Source: Candidatus Cryptobacteroides sp. (lineage in GTDB: Bacteria > Bacteroidota > Bacteroidia > Bacteroidales > UBA932). Taken from it: 32,017 bases of DNA. The stretch covers positions 1 through 32,017 of the forward strand of contig JBJEBP010000226.1 in assembly GCA_051870135.1 (NCBI GenBank), written 5' to 3'. Below the pieces are notes generated by a model. That model searched no databases. It worked only from the letters and a program-made list of their open reading frames with translations, and was not told the DNA's origin. Within the stretch, counting starts at the first letter, position 1. The number at the start of each line of letters is the position of its first letter. Positions 26,088-32,017 of this stretch are shown here, piece by piece. Both the position numbers and the translations under genes were made by a program.

Positions 26088-28262
26088 ATGTCAACTTTTA
26101 GACAAAGGGCTTTGGACGAAGCCGCCGCCCATACTACAGGGCGTTACTATGTAGAGAAGAGACCGATTTCGGCCTACTTCGGTGAAAACGTGTTCGACCT
26201 CCCGAAAATGAGGAAGTACATGTCCCAGACTGCCTATGATGCCGTTCTTGCTGCTGTCAAGTTCGGCAAGACCATTGACAGGTCAGTTGCAAATGAGATT
26301 GCTTCAGCGATGAAGACCTGGGCATTGGAAAGGGGAGCCACACATTACACCCATCTCTTCCAGCCTCTTACAGGTTCAACGGCAGAGAAGCACGAAGCGT
26401 TTGTAACCGTCAAGGACGGCCAGGTATTCGAGCGCTTCAGTGGTTCCGCACTCGTCCAGCAGGAACCAGATGCCTCAAGTTTCCCTAATGGTGGCCTTCG
26501 CAACACATTCGAGGCCAGGGGCTATTCAGCCTGGGATCCGAATTCCCCGGTTTTCATTCTCGATGAGACACTCTGCATTCCTTCCGTATTCGTTTCCTAT
26601 ACGGGAGAAGCACTTGATATGAAAGTTCCTAATCTCCGTTCAATCCAGGCACTCAGCAATGCCGCCACATCCGTCGTCAACCTTTTCGACGAGTCAGTGA
26701 AGGCAGTTTCTGTCAATGCCGGTCTTGAGCAGGAGTATTTCCTTGTAGATGAGGCACTTTACAATGCCAGACCGGACCTCAAGCTCTGCGACAGGACAGT
26801 CATCGGCCATACTTCAGCCAAGGACCAGCAGCTTTCCGACCACTATTTCGGAGCAATCCCGTCCAAGGTGGAGGCATTCATGAAGGACTTCGAGACTGAG
26901 GCCTACAAGCTTGGCATCCAGCTTCAGACAAGGCATAATGAGGTGGCACCTAACCAGTTCGAGTGCGCCCCTGTGTTCTGCGAGCTCACCAGGGCCATTG
27001 ACCAGAACATGCTCCTTATGATTCTTATGCCAAAGGTAGCCGAGAAACATCATCTCAAGGTGATTTTCCACGAGAAACCGTTCGACGGCATCAACGGAAG
27101 CGGCAAGCACTGCAACTGGTCGATGCAGACTGACACGGGTGTCAATCTTCTTTCACCTGGCAAGACCCCGGACAAGAACCTCCAGTTCCTCGCTGTCTAT
27201 TCATCTGTAGTAAGGGCGGTTTATCGTCATAACTACTTGCTGATGACCTCTGTATGTACATTGAACAACTCATACAGGCTTGGTGGTCACGAGGCTCCGC
27301 CGGCAGTTATGTCAATCTTCTCCGGAGCTACAGTCTCCAAGATTTTCGAGCGCATAATGAACATGAAGGATATGTCCGACGTTGAAGCCGGGAAAGCTTC
27401 AATCCAGATGGTAAGTTCCATTCCGGATGTCCTTCAGGACAATACCGACAGGAACAGGACATCGCCGTTCGCATTCACCGGAAACCGTTTCGAGTTCCGC
27501 GCTGTAGGATCATCCGCCAATGCTGCAGGTGCCACTTACGTTCTCAACTCCATTGTTGCAGAGAGCCTCAATGACTTCAGGGCTGAAGTTGATGCACTTG
27601 AGGCCAAGGGAGAAAGCCGCCCGACAGCAATCCTCGCAACTGTGCGCAAATTCATTTCAGAGTCTTCAAATATCATGTTCGAGGGCAACGGATACAGCAA
27701 GGAGTGGGAGGAAGAATCAGCCCGCAGGGGTCTCAAGGCTGTCCGCAATGTGCCTGAGGCTTACAAGGTTTACATTGATCCCCGTACTGTTGAGATGTTC
27801 AGCAAGCTTGGAGTGCTCTCTCCGGTGGAGTCTGAGGCACGCTACGAGGTGCTGAACGAGACCTATGTCAAGAAGCTTCAGATTGAGGCCAGGATAATAG
27901 GTGATGTCTGCCTGAACCACGTGATTCCGGCTGCTGTAAGTTACCAGAACATCCTCATCAAGAGCATCAAGGGCTGCAAGGATGTCTTCGGTGACGAGTA
28001 CAAGGATCTCTGCAAGGCCGATATGGATACCTATAGGAATATTTCCGGATTTGTAAACAATATTTCCGCCGATGTCGCCAACCTGGTGGAGGCCCGCAAG
28101 AAGGCCAACAAGGTCGAGAACATGGCGGAAAGGGCTTATCTGTATTCAACGGAAGTCAAGGAGGAGATGGACAAGGTCCGCTACAATGCCGACCATCTCG
28201 AGATGCTCGTGGATGACGAGCTCTGGCCACTTCCTAAGTACAGGGAGCTTCTTTTCTTTTAA
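26088..28262 (+). CDS. glnA: Glutamine synthetase type III
   Basis: TAEKH, EPDASSFPNGGLRNTFEARGY, EQEYFL, HNEVAPNQFE, HEKPFDGINGSGKH, DRNRTSPFAFTGNRFEFR; about 724 aa. Confidence 0.97.
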   Translation: MSTFRQRALDEAAAHTTGRYYVEKRPISAYFGENVFDLPKMRKYMSQTAYDAVLAAVKFGKTIDRSVANEIASAMKTWALERGATHYTHLFQPLTGSTAEKHEAFVTVKDGQVFERFSGSALVQQEPDASSFPNGGLRNTFEARGYSAWDPNSPVFILDETLCIPSVFVSYTGEALDMKVPNLRSIQALSNAATSVVNLFDESVKAVSVNAGLEQEYFLVDEALYNARPDLKLCDRTVIGHTSAKDQQLSDHYFGAIPSKVEAFMKDFETEAYKLGIQLQTRHNEVAPNQFECAPVFCELTRAIDQNMLLMILMPKVAEKHHLKVIFHEKPFDGINGSGKHCNWSMQTDTGVNLLSPGKTPDKNLQFLAVYSSVVRAVYRHNYLLMTSVCTLNNSYRLGGHEAPPAVMSIFSGATVSKIFERIMNMKDMSDVEAGKASIQMVSSIPDVLQDNTDRNRTSPFAFTGNRFEFRAVGSSANAAGATYVLNSIVAESLNDFRAEVDALEAKGESRPTAILATVRKFISESSNIMFEGNGYSKEWEEESARRGLKAVRNVPEAYKVYIDPRTVEMFSKLGVLSPVESEARYEVLNETYVKKLQIEARIIGDVCLNHVIPAAVSYQNILIKSIKGCKDVFGDEYKDLCKADMDTYRNISGFVNNISADVANLVEARKKANKVENMAERAYLYSTEVKEEMDKVRYNADHLEMLVDDELWPLPKYRELLFF

Positions 28263-28271
28263 ATTGGATTG

Positions 28272-29516
28272 ATGAGGAAAAGACTTCTGATTTTACTTTT
28301 AGCATTGTCGCCGACCTTCGCGGAATCCTGTATAGACCGTGGGGCCGGTGACCCTTTGTCTATCAAGTATGTACGGGATATTGTCTCGGATACCACCTCG
28401 GCAAGTTACAGCCGGCTCAGGCTGTGCGGAGCAGACGGTGTCGCGGGCAGCATAACTGTGTTCGGACCATCAGCCGGGACATTCTTCCTTTCGGAAAAAC
28501 TTCTGACTTGCGATGATTTTGACAATGTGAACGGACGGGCTGTCCCGGACGGGCTTCCTGATTTCGCGGGGGAGACCATTGCCGTAGTTTCAGACCTTGC
28601 CAATGAACCATATTACGGATATCTTCGAAAATCCAATTCTGAATTTCTCCGTGAGATTGCAGTGCGTTCATTCTTTGACTTGATTGACACGACGGCATTG
28701 GTCAGCCAGTATGACAGGAAACTTGGCGAACGCAAGGCTGGCGCAAAGGTTGTCGTCCTTTCCTCATCATATCTTTCGGCATTCGGATACTACGATATAA
28801 ATTCGCTCCTGAAGGCGTCAGGACGTAATATTCACGTCATTTCGCCGGCTCACTCCATGCTCCGGTACGCATTTGCCAGGCATGGAGCCGGAATGAATCT
28901 GGCTGTGTGGACTACACCGGAAATCGTGGAGGCCGGGATTTATCCTGCTGTAAATAACAGTTTGTCAGTCGATTATCCTGAATTGGACTATGAAGTGCTC
29001 TGCCCTGAACAAGGGCTGGCCAATGACAGGATATTATCATTCCTCCGCCAGTACAAGGCTTCACGCAGGACGGCAGCCCTTGATGCCGCCATAGTGGATG
29101 ACATTTCTCTTCCTGCCGCGGACCTGAACTCCGCATTGAACGACTTGTGGGACAATGTAGATGACAGCCTTATTGTCTATAAAGCATTGATTTCCGATGA
29201 TTTCGAGTTTATAGATGCCGCAACTGCGGTAATTGCGGAATGTGAGAAGACAATGCGGGCCTCAAATCTGTTTACGCATCGCATTGCATATCCTGCCGCT
29301 GAATTCTATGCCACGATTCCTGTTCCCGGTATGGCCCAGGCGGACTATGACGGGAGCGGTTTCTATATCGATGAGTTCAAGTACAACAGGGCTCCGTCTT
29401 CCGATCAGGAGACCTTTGTCCTTGTGAAAATGAAGTCCAGGACACTGCCGGATACATTGGCGGATGAACTCAGGGCTTTGACACCGACAATGTTCGAGAA
29501 TTATGTTTCAGATTAG
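28272..29516 (+). CDS. Exported protein or possible lipoprotein; degenerate glutamate racemase (MurI)-fold homologue
   Basis: Signal peptide MRKRLLILLLALSPTFAESC. Segments SITVFGP, PDFAGETIAVVSDLANEPY, AKVVVLSSS, IHVISP, LAVWTT...AGIY and FIDAA follow MurI motif order but lack the DSG, CNT and CTH motifs. Confidence 0.65.
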   Translation: MRKRLLILLLALSPTFAESCIDRGAGDPLSIKYVRDIVSDTTSASYSRLRLCGADGVAGSITVFGPSAGTFFLSEKLLTCDDFDNVNGRAVPDGLPDFAGETIAVVSDLANEPYYGYLRKSNSEFLREIAVRSFFDLIDTTALVSQYDRKLGERKAGAKVVVLSSSYLSAFGYYDINSLLKASGRNIHVISPAHSMLRYAFARHGAGMNLAVWTTPEIVEAGIYPAVNNSLSVDYPELDYEVLCPEQGLANDRILSFLRQYKASRRTAALDAAIVDDISLPAADLNSALNDLWDNVDDSLIVYKALISDDFEFIDAATAVIAECEKTMRASNLFTHRIAYPAAEFYATIPVPGMAQADYDGSGFYIDEFKYNRAPSSDQETFVLVKMKSRTLPDTLADELRALTPTMFENYVSD

Positions 29517-30288
29517 CATCTTACCTGAAGATATTGAGAAACTTGAACTTGCCGCATTTGACGGTGAGATTTGCGTCATAGACAGGAAAGGTCCTGAATA
29601 TGATGCAGCTGTGCGTTTCCTGGCGCATCAGAAGATGCTGGGATTCGATACCGAGTCCCGACCGTCCTTTTCTCCGGGCCAGCCCCATTATGGAGTATCC
29701 CTCCTTCAGTTGTCCGGTCCCGGCAAGGCCTTCCTCTTCAGGGTCAAGAGTTGCGGAATTGATGACAGGCTTGCAGCCATACTCTCCAATGAGTCAATTC
29801 TCAAGATTGGAGCAGCCGTCAATGACGATGTGCGCGGCCTGCAGAAATACAAGGATTTCAAGGAGGCAGGCTTCGTGGATCTCCAGAAGATTGTCTGGGA
29901 ATATGGAATCCGGGACAAGAGCGTGAAGAAGATGGCTGCCATCATCATGGGCGTGCGCATATCCAAGACACAGCAGCTTTCCAATTGGGAGGCTGCGGAA
30001 CTGTCTGAGCCCCAGAGGAAATATGCTGCAACGGATGCCTGGATCTGCAGGGAGATGTACAAGAAATTGCGCAGATGTGCAAAGGCTCCTCTTACATTCG
30101 AGCAGATGCATCCGGAACTGGCTGAAAAGCAGGAGAAGGTGCTGACGCAGGAACAGATTGAGGCCAGGGCGGAAAAGAGGAGGGAGAAAAGGAGGAGACA
30201 TCGCCGCAATTTGAAGAAACGCAGCGCAAGAAGAAGATCAAAATCAAAATCCAAGTCAAATGTCAAAGATAATACTGAAAAAAGGTAG
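29503..30288 (+). CDS. DEDDy 3'-5' exonuclease (RNase D/WRN-like) with a basic C-terminal tail
   Basis: GFDTESRP, VSLLQL, FVDLQ, LSNWE...YAATDAW. Confidence 0.9.
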   Translation: MFQISILPEDIEKLELAAFDGEICVIDRKGPEYDAAVRFLAHQKMLGFDTESRPSFSPGQPHYGVSLLQLSGPGKAFLFRVKSCGIDDRLAAILSNESILKIGAAVNDDVRGLQKYKDFKEAGFVDLQKIVWEYGIRDKSVKKMAAIIMGVRISKTQQLSNWEAAELSEPQRKYAATDAWICREMYKKLRRCAKAPLTFEQMHPELAEKQEKVLTQEQIEARAEKRREKRRRHRRNLKKRSARRRSKSKSKSNVKDNTEKR

Positions 30289-31459
30289 GGAAGAGTCGCT
30301 CAGGAGATTTCATCCATGGGTATTTTCCGGAGCAGTGGCGCAGATTGTAGGAGAACCTGCGGAGGGTGATGTCGTCAATGTCTTCGCTTCCGATGGGAAA
30401 TTCCTTGCAACCGGTCATTACCAGATCGGCTCAATCGCAGTGAGAGTTCTCAGTTTTGATTCTCCCGTTTTGGGCGATGATTTCTGGAAAGTAATGATAT
30501 ACAATGCATTGCAGGTGAGGAAATCAGTGGGTCTGGCTGGATGTCAGGATGGAAGGACCAATTGTTACCGCCTTGTACACGGAGAGGGGGACAATCTTCC
30601 GGGTTTGATTATTGACTATTATGACGGAGTCTGTGTAATGCAGGCTCATTCCGCCGGAATGTTCAGGGCAAAAAAGCAGATATGCGAGGCTCTCATTGCT
30701 GTTTACGGGGATGAACTCAAGGCCGTTTACGACAAGAGTTCCGGAACTGCGCCATTCAAGGCCGGGCTCGAACTTGTTGACGGATACATATATAAGAAGG
30801 AAGGATTCAATGACGATGAGCAGACCGTGCTTGAGAACGGTCATCGCTTCATTGTGAACTGGACAGAGGGCCAGAAGACCGGTTTCTTCCTTGACCAGAG
30901 AGAGAACAGGGCTCTTGTAGAGAAATATTCCAATGGCCGTAATGTATTGAACCTCTTTTGCTACACAGGAGGTTTCTCAATTTATGCTTTAGGCGCCGGC
31001 GCTGTTCACGTTGATTCTGTTGACAGTTCCGCAAAGGCAATGGCAATGGTGAAGAGGAACATTGAACTCGGGGGATTCCCTGAGGAAAAGCACGGAGAAT
31101 ATTGCCAGGATGCGATTGAATTCCTGCGCAATGTGCCGGCTGACAAATATGACTTGATGATAGTTGACCCACCTGCATTCGCAAAGCACAGGGGAGCTCT
31201 CAACAATGCACTCAGGGCATACCAGAGGCTGAATGCGGCGGCCATTTCCAAGGTTGCACCGGGTGGTCTTGTATTTACGTTCAGCTGCTCGCAGGTAGTG
31301 GACAAGGAAGCATTTGCCCTCGCCGTGTTCTCCGGAGCTGCACAGACTGGAAGAAAAGTCCGCATACTCGACAGGCTGAATCAGCCGGCCGACCATGCGG
31401 TCAATATCTATCATCCTGAAGGTGAGTATCTTAAGGGATTGCTGCTTTATGTGGAATAG
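30260..31459 (+). CDS. rlmI: 23S rRNA m5C methyltransferase RlmI family
   Basis: PUA-domain HPWVFSGA, HGEGDNLPGL, GQKTGFFLDQRENR, LFCYTGGFS, VDPPAF, FSCS, YLKG. Confidence 0.92.
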   Translation: MSKIILKKGREESLRRFHPWVFSGAVAQIVGEPAEGDVVNVFASDGKFLATGHYQIGSIAVRVLSFDSPVLGDDFWKVMIYNALQVRKSVGLAGCQDGRTNCYRLVHGEGDNLPGLIIDYYDGVCVMQAHSAGMFRAKKQICEALIAVYGDELKAVYDKSSGTAPFKAGLELVDGYIYKKEGFNDDEQTVLENGHRFIVNWTEGQKTGFFLDQRENRALVEKYSNGRNVLNLFCYTGGFSIYALGAGAVHVDSVDSSAKAMAMVKRNIELGGFPEEKHGEYCQDAIEFLRNVPADKYDLMIVDPPAFAKHRGALNNALRAYQRLNAAAISKVAPGGLVFTFSCSQVVDKEAFALAVFSGAAQTGRKVRILDRLNQPADHAVNIYHPEGEYLKGLLLYVE

Positions 31460-31480
31460 CGAAGTTGCAGTCCTCCTGGG

Positions 31481-32017
31481 TTAAAGATTTTTGAGCTCCC
31501 GGTACACCAGATGTATCGGGAGTCCCATTATAGTATAGAATGATCCTTCGATGCCGGTGATTCCAATGTATCCGATCCACTCCTGAATCGCGTATGCCCC
31601 AGCCTTGTCGAATGGCCTGTATTCATTGACATAATGCGATATCTCATTGTCAGTCAATTCCTTGAAATGAACTATTGCCCGGTCGGACACCGTCTTTTCA
31701 CCTTTATTGTCCCTTATGGTTATCGCAGTCACGACGGAATGCGACTTGCCCGAGAGGAAGCGCAGCATTTCAGAAGCATCTTCCGGGGAATGCGGCTTTC
31801 CCATAGGCCTTCCATCACATACGACAATGGTATCCGACGTCAGAAGTATCTCATCGTCAGCGAGTTGTCTGTGAAATCCGTGCGATTTCCCAGCCGACAT
31901 CAATGCAGGAATATCCTCAGGGGAAATTCCTTCCGGTATGGTTTCTTCAAAATTGTTCCCTGTATCGACTGTGAACTCGAAGCCTGCACCTTCAAGCAGT
32001 TCCCGGCGTCTCGGCGA
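31481..32017 (-). CDS. maf: Maf-family nucleoside triphosphate pyrophosphatase, 5'-truncated by the window edge
   Basis: The frame is open to the window end (SPRRRELLEGAG...); SDTIV, GKP, LSGKSHSV, DKAGAYAIQE, IMGLP. Confidence 0.95.
   Translation of the reverse strand, partial: SPRRRELLEGAGFEFTVDTGNNFEETIPEGISPEDIPALMSAGKSHGFHRQLADDEILLTSDTIVVCDGRPMGKPHSPEDASEMLRFLSGKSHSVVTAITIRDNKGEKTVSDRAIVHFKELTDNEISHYVNEYRPFDKAGAYAIQEWIGYIGITGIEGSFYTIMGLPIHLVYRELKNL

Noticed and set aside
1-32017. CRISPR array, IS element, prophage, retron or tandem-repeat array
   Set aside because: Intergenic spaces are all under about 130 nt, I saw no periodic repeats, and no transposase, reverse transcriptase, cas or phage genes were recognisable.

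Overview
This is a core-chromosome segment of an anaerobic Bacteroidales bacterium, judged from TAnnTTTG promoters, AT-rich leaders mostly lacking SD sequences, GlnA type III, and the parA-parB-DUF5683-mltD and xerC-hpf gene orders. It holds 27 CDSs and one tRNA-Phe. Contents: gltB with no adjacent gltD; an HsdR_N-cca-xerC-hpf run; a GT2/LAB_N/ArnT envelope-modification cassette; hpt-adk; an exported helix-hairpin-helix/beta-barrel protein; priA; parAB; mltD; pepC-pssA-rubrerythrin; an aminotransferase divergent from glnA; a degenerate racemase-fold protein; a 3'-5' exonuclease; rlmI; and maf. I saw no mobile element, CRISPR array, prophage or clear defence island, so the sequence does not by itself demonstrate a new multi-gene system. 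The best leads are: (i) an exported, apparently catalytically dead glutamate-racemase homologue directly behind glnA; (ii) an HhH plus outer-membrane-barrel protein with an 18-bp palindrome next to its promoter; (iii) a strong Shine-Dalgarno sequence in front of hpf; (iv) overlapping aminotransferase/glnA promoters with a candidate operator; (v) the orphan gltB. All family assignments come from motif recognition by eye, not database searches.
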